Origin: Nostoc sp.
GTDB taxonomy: Bacteria > Cyanobacteriota > Cyanobacteriia > Cyanobacteriales > Nostocaceae
Assembly: GCA_036918135.1 (NCBI GenBank)
Contig: JBALDB010000008.1
Span: forward strand, 120,485-184,484
Direction of reading: 5' to 3'
DNA length: 64,000 nt
Part shown: positions 20,077-28,942 of the stretch, one piece after another
Position numbering within the stretch: position 1 is the stretch's first letter
Layout of the letters: every line of letters begins with the position of its first letter
The notes under the pieces: model-generated
Databases searched by the model: none
What the model saw: only the letters and a program-made list of their open reading frames with translations
Told to the model about the DNA's origin: nothing
Position numbers and translations under genes: made by a program

Positions 20077-21825
20077 ATGCGACTTATACTTAAACGCTTA
20101 AGCAGCCGTAAAATCTCCTCAGTGGCTATGCTTTTGCTTGTTATATGCTTTACTCTAGTAAGCGTGCATTCATGTAGGCAAACAAATATGATATTAGCAC
20201 CTAATTTGCTGACCGATCCATTTTTGCAACTGCCAACTGAAAATTCAGTGCGAGTAGTTTGGTTTACAGAGTTTGCTGGTACTCAACATATAGTCTCCTA
20301 CGGTGAAAATCTCAAACAAACCGTTAAGGCAAATACTATCAAACTCAGTCGCACGCGTGAAGACCAGAAATCAAGAGTTGCAAACCAAACCCAAGACAGC
20401 CAAGTTTATCAAAAACCCGTCCAGCGTGACATTTGGCGACATGAAGCTGAGGTAACTGGATTAACTCCTGGCGTGCGGGTAAACTATCGCGTCGCAAGTA
20501 TGCGAGAAGATGGCGAAACTGCTAGCAGTGATGTTTTTAGCCTCGCAGCTACACCAAAACGCGGTACACCATTAAAAATTCTGCTGACCTCAGATCATCA
20601 ACTAAAGCCGATGACATCTGCAAATCTGCAAAAGGTAGTAGAAACAGTTGGACGAGTTGATGGGGTATGGTTTGCTGGTGATTTAGTCAATGTTAGCGAT
20701 CGCGCCTCGGAATGGTTTGATGATAATAGTGGTGGTGCTTTGTTTCCAGGTTTACAAGGTCGTGCTAAATATGAAACGATCCACAACGGTGTTAAGACAA
20801 TCTACACTGGTGGGCAAATAATTCAACATGCACCCATATTTACTTGCATTGGTAATCATGAAGTGATGGGGCGATATGCTAGAACTGGAAGTTTAGATGA
20901 TGAATTTGATGATACTATTCCTCATGTAGTTGCCGAAAAATTTTATCCGAAAAAATCTTTGAGAGATAATTCTTTTAATACTGTTACCTATGAAGAAATT
21001 TTTACTCTACCAACAAGTCAAGACGGTGGAAAAAGATATTATGCAGTTAGCTTTGGTGATATACGCCTTATAGTACTATACATTACGAATATGTGGCGGA
21101 CTCCCAAGTTAGATACACAGGCAAAAGGTAGATATAAAGAACCAGAAAAAGATTTGAACAACCCAGAAAATTGGGGTTATGGGCAGGTTATTTATGAACC
21201 AATCGCTAAAGGTAGCAAGCAGTATAATTGGTTAGAGGCAGAACTCAACAGTCGTGAGTTTAAACAAGCAAAATACAAAGTTGTAATGTTTCATCATCCC
21301 CCGCATACTCTGGGTGATAATATAGTTCCGGCTTATACAGATTCAATACAAATAATTGAACGCGATAATAATATTAAAGCAGTGCGTTACGAATATCCTA
21401 AAAACGCAGATTATATTATTCGCGATGTTGTCCCTTTGCTAGAAGCAGCTAATGTACAATTAGTATTTTACGGACATTCCCATTTATGGAATCGCTTTGT
21501 TAGTCCCACTGGAATGCACTTTTTAGAAACATCTAATGTTGGTAATACTTATGGCGCTGCATGGGGTAATAGAAAGCGAGAAGTACCAATTGGCTATCAA
21601 GAGGATTACGTTCAGCTTGGCGATCCCAATGGTTTAGAACCGATGCAGCCAACAATTGCCCCTTTGTTAGATAAAGATGGTAAAGCAATCCCCTATATTG
21701 CTAGTAATGAGATTACAGTTTTTAGTATCTTTGATACAGGGACAGGTACGATTAGTAGTTATCGTTTTGATACTCGCAAGCCGAATTCAGAGGTAGTCAA
21801 GTTTGACGAATTTAAGTTGAAATAA
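20077..21825 (+). CDS. Purple acid phosphatase-like metallophosphoesterase, secreted/lipoprotein
   Basis: SDHQ, GDLV, GNHE, FHHP, GHSH motifs; N-terminal hydrophobic segment and FN3-like region. Confidence 0.88.
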   Translation: MRLILKRLSSRKISSVAMLLLVICFTLVSVHSCRQTNMILAPNLLTDPFLQLPTENSVRVVWFTEFAGTQHIVSYGENLKQTVKANTIKLSRTREDQKSRVANQTQDSQVYQKPVQRDIWRHEAEVTGLTPGVRVNYRVASMREDGETASSDVFSLAATPKRGTPLKILLTSDHQLKPMTSANLQKVVETVGRVDGVWFAGDLVNVSDRASEWFDDNSGGALFPGLQGRAKYETIHNGVKTIYTGGQIIQHAPIFTCIGNHEVMGRYARTGSLDDEFDDTIPHVVAEKFYPKKSLRDNSFNTVTYEEIFTLPTSQDGGKRYYAVSFGDIRLIVLYITNMWRTPKLDTQAKGRYKEPEKDLNNPENWGYGQVIYEPIAKGSKQYNWLEAELNSREFKQAKYKVVMFHHPPHTLGDNIVPAYTDSIQIIERDNNIKAVRYEYPKNADYIIRDVVPLLEAANVQLVFYGHSHLWNRFVSPTGMHFLETSNVGNTYGAAWGNRKREVPIGYQEDYVQLGDPNGLEPMQPTIAPLLDKDGKAIPYIASNEITVFSIFDTGTGTISSYRFDTRKPNSEVVKFDEFKLK

Positions 21826-21828
21826 GTC

Positions 21829-21969
21829 ATATCAAGTTCGGCTAATTACTTACAATACGTTGGTGTTTTTGGTAATTGGTAATTGGGTAAGAGGTATTTT
21901 CTCTTACTGATTACCCATTACCGATTACCAACCTTCACAGATATCATAAGATTCAACCGGACATAATAT
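21829..21969 (+). mobile_element. MITE family A, complete copy
   Basis: Terminal inverted repeats ATATCAAGTTCGGCTAATTACTTA / TAAGATTCAACCGGACATAATAT; interior TAATTGG/CCATTAC heptamers. Confidence 0.75.
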
Positions 21970-22043
21970 CATTTGTCCTTTGTTGAAAATCAATGGCCAA
22001 TGACAAATGACAATCAAATAAAGTAAGTTAACATCCAAATGCA

Positions 22044-22709
22044 TTAACGTCGTTTAACTGCTAAAGTAAGTCCATCGGCAATGGGGACAAGAGAAAGAGT
22101 TACGCGTTCGTCATGGTGTAACTTTTCATTTAGTGCCCGAATTGCTTGGGTACTTTCATCTTGAAATTGTGGGTCAGCAACGTCTCCTGACCAGAGAACA
22201 TTATCAATAGCAATCAATCCACCCGGACGAATTAATTGCAGCGATCGCTCATAATATCCATCATAATTTTCTTTATCGGCATCAATAAAAGCAAAATCAA
22301 ATGTTTCGGCTTGGCCAGTTGCCAACAGTCGATCTAAAGTTTCTAAAGCTGGTGCCAAGTGTAGCTCGATTTTATCGGCAACCCCGGCTTCTTGCCAATA
22401 CCGTCGGGCGATCGCAGTAAATTCTTCACTGACATCACAAGCGATAATTTTACCATCATCTGGTAACGCCAAAGCTAGAGAAAGTGAGCTATAACCCGTA
22501 AATACTCCTATTTCTAGGGTTTTTTTTGCACCAATCAGTTGCACCAAAAGTTTCATAAACTGTCCTTGTTCTGGTGAAATCTGCATTCCACCTCGCGGAT
22601 GACTGGCGGTTTCTTGGCGCAACTTGCCAAGAATCTCTGGCTCCCGTAGCGAAACGGATAAAAGATAATTGTAGAGTTGGTTATCAAGACCTATAGACTG
22701 TTTTGGCAT
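22044..22709 (-). CDS. Cation-dependent O-methyltransferase (CCoAOMT family)
   Basis: LEIGVFTGYSSL, FDFAFIDADKENY, IDNVLWSG. Confidence 0.93.
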   Translation of the reverse strand: MPKQSIGLDNQLYNYLLSVSLREPEILGKLRQETASHPRGGMQISPEQGQFMKLLVQLIGAKKTLEIGVFTGYSSLSLALALPDDGKIIACDVSEEFTAIARRYWQEAGVADKIELHLAPALETLDRLLATGQAETFDFAFIDADKENYDGYYERSLQLIRPGGLIAIDNVLWSGDVADPQFQDESTQAIRALNEKLHHDERVTLSLVPIADGLTLAVKRR

Positions 22710-22757
22710 AGTAGATGAGAGAATTTAAGGAATCTACAGTTATACTATCGCTGAAGA

Positions 22758-23183
22758 GTGGAATCTCAGAAAAACATGGTGCGGTTAGTTTTGACAGCAA
22801 TATTGCTAGTACTAGTGACAGCTTGTGGTACTATTGGACTGTTACCGACTAGCTCCTTAGTCCAAAAAGCGATCGCATTTGAGCTAGAACAAACTCAACA
22901 AAAGCTTAGCCAGCAGTTAGATCTAGATTTTCAAGGCTTTGAAATCAAGCGCCTATCAATTACCCAAGAACAACCTCTAACTATTGAGAATTTACCAGCT
23001 TTCCGCGTCCGAGGAACCTACGACTTGATTATCAAGTTACCAAAACGAAGCTTGACGCAACCGCAAAAACCCTTTCAAGTTTACCTGCAAATACAGCAAG
23101 AAGGCAAAACTTGGCGGTTACTGCTTCCAGACAAGGGTAGTAAAAATACTCAACCAATTTGGCGTAGTTATCTCATTCAATAG
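22758..23183 (+). CDS. Hypothetical lipoprotein
   Basis: Lipobox-like LVTAC after a hydrophobic stretch. Confidence 0.7.
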   Translation: MESQKNMVRLVLTAILLVLVTACGTIGLLPTSSLVQKAIAFELEQTQQKLSQQLDLDFQGFEIKRLSITQEQPLTIENLPAFRVRGTYDLIIKLPKRSLTQPQKPFQVYLQIQQEGKTWRLLLPDKGSKNTQPIWRSYLIQ

Positions 23184-23280
23184 CTGATATGTGCAACTAG
23201 AAAAACCATCACACTTATTTCAGTATAACTGCCAGGGCAAGTCAGGATCGAAATGATGGTTTGATTAAAAACAATACAAA

Positions 23281-24054
23281 ATGTATATTAACTTTTTCAT
23301 CAGTTCCATTATTGGAATTGTGTTGACGGTATTAGTAGCTTTTGGATTGCTGCAATGGTTGCACATACCTGCTGGTAACTTTCTCGACTGGGTGATTGGT
23401 GGTGCTAGTTTTTGGTGGCTGTTGGTAATTGTTACCGTACCGTGGAATGTGCATTTTCAAGCTAAAGAAGTTTTAGCCGAAGCAGCACAATCTTCTGAAA
23501 AAGGAATTCCAGTTGATGAGAAACAAGTGAAGTATGTGACAGTTTTGGCAAAGCGATCGCTCTGGGTTGCCATTGCTTTACACTTATTCTCAGCCGTTGG
23601 TCTTTATACTCTTGCTGCTACTGGTATTAGTACAGTTGGATATGTTAGTTCTGGTGCAGCTTTATTATTAACAATTCTACGTCCAGCGATTCGAGCTTAC
23701 GAGTATTTATATGCACGGTTAGCGATGATTCGCCAAGAATGGAAGTATCCGCGTGAAGATATTGTTGAATTGCGCGATCGCTTTGCCAATTTAGAACAAA
23801 AAGTGCAATCTTTAGAGGAGCAACTTAACCCAGAACAACCCTATTCTTTGCCAGTAACTCAAGAACGTTTTGCCCAAGAAACTCGTAGAGATTTAGCCCG
23901 AATTGCAGCTAATTTAGAAGAATTACGGGCTATAAATCATACAGAACATGAGCGTTTAGGGAGAGAAGCCAGAAATGCGATCGCGCAACTTTCCACCGAC
24001 GGACAATTTCTCGACCATGTGCGTGAAATTATTCGATTTTTTAAATCTGCTTGA
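23281..24054 (+). CDS. Hypothetical membrane protein with C-terminal coiled coil
   Basis: About 4 TM segments followed by a heptad-rich tail. Confidence 0.75.
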   Translation: MYINFFISSIIGIVLTVLVAFGLLQWLHIPAGNFLDWVIGGASFWWLLVIVTVPWNVHFQAKEVLAEAAQSSEKGIPVDEKQVKYVTVLAKRSLWVAIALHLFSAVGLYTLAATGISTVGYVSSGAALLLTILRPAIRAYEYLYARLAMIRQEWKYPREDIVELRDRFANLEQKVQSLEEQLNPEQPYSLPVTQERFAQETRRDLARIAANLEELRAINHTEHERLGREARNAIAQLSTDGQFLDHVREIIRFFKSA

Positions 24055-24091
24055 ATTCTAACTATATTCAGTAAGTTTTCTTCTTTTGTAT

Positions 24092-26644
24092 TTAGTAAGG
24101 CTGCAATAAATGTTCGCCATAGAAATGAATGAGATGAGTTACATCTTCAGCAACCCAAACATCTGTTTCCCAAGCAATCTCTGCCAGATATTCTACCATT
24201 GCCTTGCGACTAAGAAATGTTGTTACCATAACTAAAGGGATTTTGACACTCCTAAATAGAGATTCCAAATCATTTTTTCGTTTGGGATTAATTGGCCCGT
24301 GTGAAGTTACAGCTTCAATTAGCACTAACCAGTTATTTGTTGTTAAATGGATAATTACATCTGGCATTTTGCCGTGGGAATCGATGTTAACGCCTAAATC
24401 CGTCAATGCTACTTCATCGAAGTGGGCGAACTTTTCATCGGTATCGCCAACATAAATCAGCTTTCCACCAGGGGTGAAACGGGGAGCAAAATCGTTAATA
24501 ATTTTCTCAATTAGAATATTCTGACCGCCTGGTGACAAAGTTTTAATTTCTCTTGCAATTAGCACCGGAATACGGGACATTTCCCGCTCTTGGGCATACT
24601 GTTTTTTTAGAGTTTTAATCGAAGCAAGGTAAGTACGAATACTTTTTTTCCATTCTTCAGTACCGTAGGTTCGTAATAGTTCGAGCGCACTTTCTTCGAT
24701 TTGATACACAGTTTTTGGACTGTTAATCGGACGACTCGGCTCGTCTGGATTAGCAACTATCAAAGCAGCATCTAGAAATTGATGTACTGTCTGACGGCGA
24801 ACTGTTTCTCGTGTGTTGGGCTTATAAGTTTTACCATAATGCTGAGCCATAAAGTCCATCATTGGCGTAATTCCCATCAAAGGAGAAGTCGCTAAATTCC
24901 AAGAGTCTGTCGGCTTTAAGTCAAGCAACGCCAGAAGAGTTAAAGCTGAGCGTTCATTAAGCTGTCGTCGTGGAAAGTCCAATTGTGTTAATATTTGCAA
25001 AGCTTCATCAATTCGAGACTTAATTTTGATCGGATTGTTACCTGACTGATTTGACATATTCAATAGCTTATTTTCCACAAGATCATCAATTTCCCGCCAA
25101 GAGGGAAACCGCTCTTTAATCCCTGTTCCTAAAGACAATAACTGTTCTAATGTAGGATACTTTAATTGCCGCAAATCTGTTGCATTTACCTGAGTATGTC
25201 CATTAAACAACCGAAAAAATAAATCAACTAAGGTTGAATTAAGATAAACTACAAGCCCACAAGCTAAAGTATGGCTAAGTCCTCGTCCATCTTTGTGAAA
25301 GTAATTCAAGTGATTTTCAAAACCGACATAAGCATAATCAAATTGAGCGGCATTGTAAATAACTGCAACAATGCGTCTTTTCTCTTCTTTCGAGGAGAAT
25401 CTTTTGCAGAGGACGTAATGCTCATTTGGTACTAGAAGTTTCTCTGTTTCTTCTACATGTAATATGGCTTGGGGCTTTTTAGTTATTTTTGGATGCTCTA
25501 TATATCCATTTGAAAAATTCACTGGATAAATCAAAGGAACAGTATTTTTTTCTAAATTATTTCTGAGGTAATCTTTGGCTCGAAAATCTACAACTCGTCC
25601 GGTTGAAACTGTAAGCCCCAAGTCTTCCAGAGTACAGCTAAAAAGCGCCATTTTCTCAACAACTTTTTCGCTGATTTTATCTGGAAGAATATGAATGAAC
25701 TGTTCTGGATCTTTGGGATGAACTAAGGCTGTATATGGTACTGAGTGTGACAATATCAAGTCATCATTGGCATCAGAGCTAGTATTGATGATTACGTTGT
25801 TAGACTTTTGCTCTTTCGTGGCTCGAATAATCACAGTTTCTTGTAAAACATTATCTTCACTAAATGTTTCTTGCCGCAAATCAAAAAGATGTATTTGCTG
25901 CAAAGCCATCATTTGCAAAAACATCTTCCGAAACTCACGGAAATAAGGCCCATTGCAAAAACTACGCGGGGTAATCGCTACAAACTCCCCTTTTGGTTTT
26001 AGTAGTTGTGCTGTAGCAGCCATAAAACCAGTATAAAGATTGCTAGTTTCTAACCCGATGGAACGTAGCAATTTGCGAACCTGAGAATGAGCATTGATTT
26101 TCAAATAAGGTGGATTGAGGATAGCATGGGTAAATTTTTCTGGGTTTGTACTATTTAATAAACCAATCTCAAGCTGCTTCACCGTATCTTCGATAAAATC
26201 AGTTTCACGAATTTCGTAATTAAAAGAAATATTTAGACGTTGACATTCCTTTTCACATAGCTTTAGAGTTTGATGCAAATATCTAATTAGAAAAGGGTCA
26301 ATTTCATAGGCTACAACACGCAAAGTTGAGATGTGTTGATGTTGGCATACTTTGGTCACAAAAGCAGCTAGTAATGAACCGATTCCAGCTCCAGCATCCA
26401 GCAAAGAAATTTCAGGTAAATCCAGCCTATCAAACATCCCAGCCATCAATTCTGCTACCGAAGCGGGGGTGAGAAACTGACCCATTGACCCTTTTTTGTC
26501 TTGCGTTAGCTTCAAACTTGCTACAGCCCGAAGAAGATCCACTTCTGCAAGCAAGCTCTGACTTGATATTTCTGCTAAGCTGCTAAACCCCAAGCTATTG
26601 ATATAATTTGCTATTAATGCTCTATTTTTTAATGGGATACTCAC
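24092..26644 (-). CDS. Fused N6-adenine DNA methyltransferase + BsuBI/PstI-family type II restriction endonuclease
   Basis: GQFLTP, LLDAGAGIGSL, NPPY, NGHTQVNATDLR (MTase); YKPNTRETVRRQTVHQF, HGKMPDV, LIEAVTSHGP (REase). Confidence 0.88.
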   Translation of the reverse strand: MSIPLKNRALIANYINSLGFSSLAEISSQSLLAEVDLLRAVASLKLTQDKKGSMGQFLTPASVAELMAGMFDRLDLPEISLLDAGAGIGSLLAAFVTKVCQHQHISTLRVVAYEIDPFLIRYLHQTLKLCEKECQRLNISFNYEIRETDFIEDTVKQLEIGLLNSTNPEKFTHAILNPPYLKINAHSQVRKLLRSIGLETSNLYTGFMAATAQLLKPKGEFVAITPRSFCNGPYFREFRKMFLQMMALQQIHLFDLRQETFSEDNVLQETVIIRATKEQKSNNVIINTSSDANDDLILSHSVPYTALVHPKDPEQFIHILPDKISEKVVEKMALFSCTLEDLGLTVSTGRVVDFRAKDYLRNNLEKNTVPLIYPVNFSNGYIEHPKITKKPQAILHVEETEKLLVPNEHYVLCKRFSSKEEKRRIVAVIYNAAQFDYAYVGFENHLNYFHKDGRGLSHTLACGLVVYLNSTLVDLFFRLFNGHTQVNATDLRQLKYPTLEQLLSLGTGIKERFPSWREIDDLVENKLLNMSNQSGNNPIKIKSRIDEALQILTQLDFPRRQLNERSALTLLALLDLKPTDSWNLATSPLMGITPMMDFMAQHYGKTYKPNTRETVRRQTVHQFLDAALIVANPDEPSRPINSPKTVYQIEESALELLRTYGTEEWKKSIRTYLASIKTLKKQYAQEREMSRIPVLIAREIKTLSPGGQNILIEKIINDFAPRFTPGGKLIYVGDTDEKFAHFDEVALTDLGVNIDSHGKMPDVIIHLTTNNWLVLIEAVTSHGPINPKRKNDLESLFRSVKIPLVMVTTFLSRKAMVEYLAEIAWETDVWVAEDVTHLIHFYGEHLLQPY

Positions 26645-26664
26645 GGTATAGTTAAAAAAATTGC

Positions 26665-26752
26665 TTGTTTTAAAAATAAGTTGGTTCTCTTGATGGATAA
26701 AATCTTACTTTGCAAACGGGCTGTAATTGAGTTAGTTATTAACCAACATAAG
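26665..26752 (+). mobile_element. IS982-family transposase internal remnant
   Basis: LLMDKILLCKRAVIELVINQHK resembles the DKxLLRKRxxIExxxDQLK motif. Confidence 0.55.
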
Positions 26753-26929
26753 AGAATGTTTAAAAAGTCTGTAGTAGTGTATCAAATATTTTTTCACCCC
26801 ACCCTAACCCTCCCCGATGTATTGGGAAGGGAACTAAATTGTCTAGTCTCCCCCCAAGACATCCGGGGGATTAAGGGGAGTAAAAATGTGATTAAAACGA
26901 CAGTCAACCACTTTTAAAACAATCTCTTA
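26749..26929. mobile_element. MITE with 20-bp terminal inverted repeats
   Basis: TAAGAGAATGTTTAAAAAGT ... ACTTTTAAAACAATCTCTTA (2 mismatches), TA at both ends, internal C-rich/G-rich hairpins. Confidence 0.75.
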
Positions 26930-26969
26930 TATTTATAAAATTTATCCCTTGGATGCCCTTGTTATTGTA

Positions 26970-27209
26970 ATGTTAAAAACTATTGCTGATTTGAAAGAAC
27001 AACCACAACTAGAATACCAAGAGCAGCAGTTGGCTGCAAAAATTAAGCGATGTGCTGAAGAAGCGCATTTGGATAGGCAAGAAGCCCTACAGGCTAAGAA
27101 GGAGGCAAGACAGATTAGCGTTAAAACCCAGCAGCTTAGGGAGCAAGCAAGACAGGCAAAAGAAAAAGCTCAACGCGCTAAGGAGAACTTAAATTTACAC
27201 AGTTTGTAG
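26970..27209 (+). CDS. Small coiled-coil hypothetical protein
   Basis: Q/A/K/E-rich helix, immediately upstream of cheB-GAF. Confidence 0.5.
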   Translation: MLKTIADLKEQPQLEYQEQQLAAKIKRCAEEAHLDRQEALQAKKEARQISVKTQQLREQARQAKEKAQRAKENLNLHSL

Positions 27210-27236
27210 TTAGCAAATCGTTGCATCGTAGCAAAT

Positions 27237-28355
27237 ATGCATATACAACAACCCAATAAGAAATCAAAGATTGCGATTGTAGCGATCGCCGCCTCGGCTG
27301 GAGGAGTTACGGCGATTCGCAAGGTTCTCTCAGAATTGCCTGCCGATTTTCCTACTCCGATTCTTTGCCTACAGCACCTCAGTCCTTGTGAAACTAACGT
27401 TTTAACACAAGTGTTACAGTTAAAAACGGTTGTTACGGTACGCTGGGCATATCATGGAGAACAACTCATGCCAGGAGTGGCGTATGTGTGTCCACCTGGG
27501 CATTACTTTGTTGTTCATGCCAATGATACAATCTCTTTGAGACCGCAAGCAACAAAACAAGGGTGGTTGCACGCAGTAAATCACTTTTTTGAGTCGGTGG
27601 CCAAGAGTTATGCAGACCGGGCTGTAGTAATTGTACTGAGTGGCTCAAGCAAAGGTGGCGCAGAAGGTGTGCGTGCTGTGTCTCAACAGCATGGCGTTGT
27701 ACTCGTCGAGGATCGAGCCAGCGCTTTCGTTTATGAAATGCCGCAGGCTGCGATAGCAACTGGTTGCGTAGATCGAGTTCTGCCTCGTAAGGCGATCGCT
27801 CCCTTGTTGGTCAGCTTAGTGTGTGAGGGACTTCCTTTATCGCAAGTGCAAACCAGCAACACAACATCATCCCTAAGGACAAGAGTGCCGATATCGCCCA
27901 TGCTTGAGGAGGTATTGGAGAACGTACTCGATCGGGCGCTGGTTATACACGGAACGGACATGGGCAATATTCAACTATTAGACCGACAGACAGGCACGCT
28001 GGAACTCGCTACCCAACGCGGTTTCAAGTCAGACTTTCTTAATCACTTTCAGACAGTTGGCATCAATGACAATTCAGCCAGTGCCAGGGCTATACGTGCC
28101 GGAGAGTCTGTAATCATCGAAGATGTCGAGCTCGATCCCCTGTACACTCCTCATCGGGCGATCGCAGCAGCAGCAGGATATCGCGCAGTCCAATCCACGC
28201 TGTTAACCAGTCGCAGGGGCATGTTGCTTGGCTTATTGTCCACTTATTTCCATCAACCTCGCCAACTTTTACCGTGGGAGATGAACCTCCTCAAGATGCA
28301 CGCCGATTATGCTGCCAATCTGATCGAAGTGTTTCAAACTGAGAATGTTCGATAA
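27237..28355 (+). CDS. CheB methylesterase domain + GAF domain protein
   Basis: AASAGG, LQHL, EMPQAAIATGCVD; C-terminal GNIQLLD...RAVQSTLL GAF. Confidence 0.85.
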   Translation: MHIQQPNKKSKIAIVAIAASAGGVTAIRKVLSELPADFPTPILCLQHLSPCETNVLTQVLQLKTVVTVRWAYHGEQLMPGVAYVCPPGHYFVVHANDTISLRPQATKQGWLHAVNHFFESVAKSYADRAVVIVLSGSSKGGAEGVRAVSQQHGVVLVEDRASAFVYEMPQAAIATGCVDRVLPRKAIAPLLVSLVCEGLPLSQVQTSNTTSSLRTRVPISPMLEEVLENVLDRALVIHGTDMGNIQLLDRQTGTLELATQRGFKSDFLNHFQTVGINDNSASARAIRAGESVIIEDVELDPLYTPHRAIAAAAGYRAVQSTLLTSRRGMLLGLLSTYFHQPRQLLPWEMNLLKMHADYAANLIEVFQTENVR

Positions 28356-28527
28356 ATGGTAATTGGTAATGGGTAATGGGTAATGGGTAAGAAAACACAA
28401 CTGTTCACCTCAAGGCAATTACCTTTTTCCCTATTACCAATTACTAATGTTCACCTCAAGGCAATTACCTTTTTCCCTATTACCAAAAACACCAACTCCT
28501 TTGTAAGTAATTAACCGAACTTGATAT
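28356..28527 (-). mobile_element. MITE family A, partial copy with an internal duplication of about 39 bp
   Basis: End TAAGTAATTAACCGAACTTGATAT; tgttcacctcaaggcaattacctttttccctattaccaa occurs twice. Confidence 0.7.
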
Positions 28528-28533
28528 GAAAAT

Positions 28534-28902
28534 TTACCTATTATCATTCCCAATCGAATTTAAGTAAGCATTCAGCTTAGGTGATAATTCATGAATTATT
28601 GGTTTCAGAATATTGACTTGTTCATTGGTTAAAAGATTTCGAGTATAAGCTAGCCTCATCCAATGAATTGTCTCATTCATAGAACCTCTGGCAATTTTTA
28701 TATACCGTTTATTGTCTTGATAATTATAACGCCCTCTACCTTCTGCAATATTTACTCCAATACTATCTGCTGCACGTACAATCTGCTTGCCAATTGTATC
28801 TTTAGAAAAATGATCTCATTCCATAACTACTTTACAAATTTCGTTTCCTAACTTTTCGGCTAATTTATAAACCTGCAAATCTTCAAAATCAGGTCTCCCT
28901 AT
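28534..28902 (-). pseudogene. Four-helix-bundle protein (23S rRNA IVP/Avd-like family) pseudogene
   Basis: (I)GRPDFEDLQVYKLAEKL...VME*DHFSKDTIGKQIVRAADSIGVNIAEGRGR...IARGSMNETIHW; ATA at start position and an internal TGA. Confidence 0.8.
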
Positions 28903-28942
28903 CTCATTGCCCCATTACCAATTACCAATCTCCAATTACCCA

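Noticed and set aside
28534..28902. Diversity-generating retroelement (Avd-like gene)
   Set aside because: No reverse transcriptase and no template/variable repeat pair were seen; this family is commonly stand-alone.
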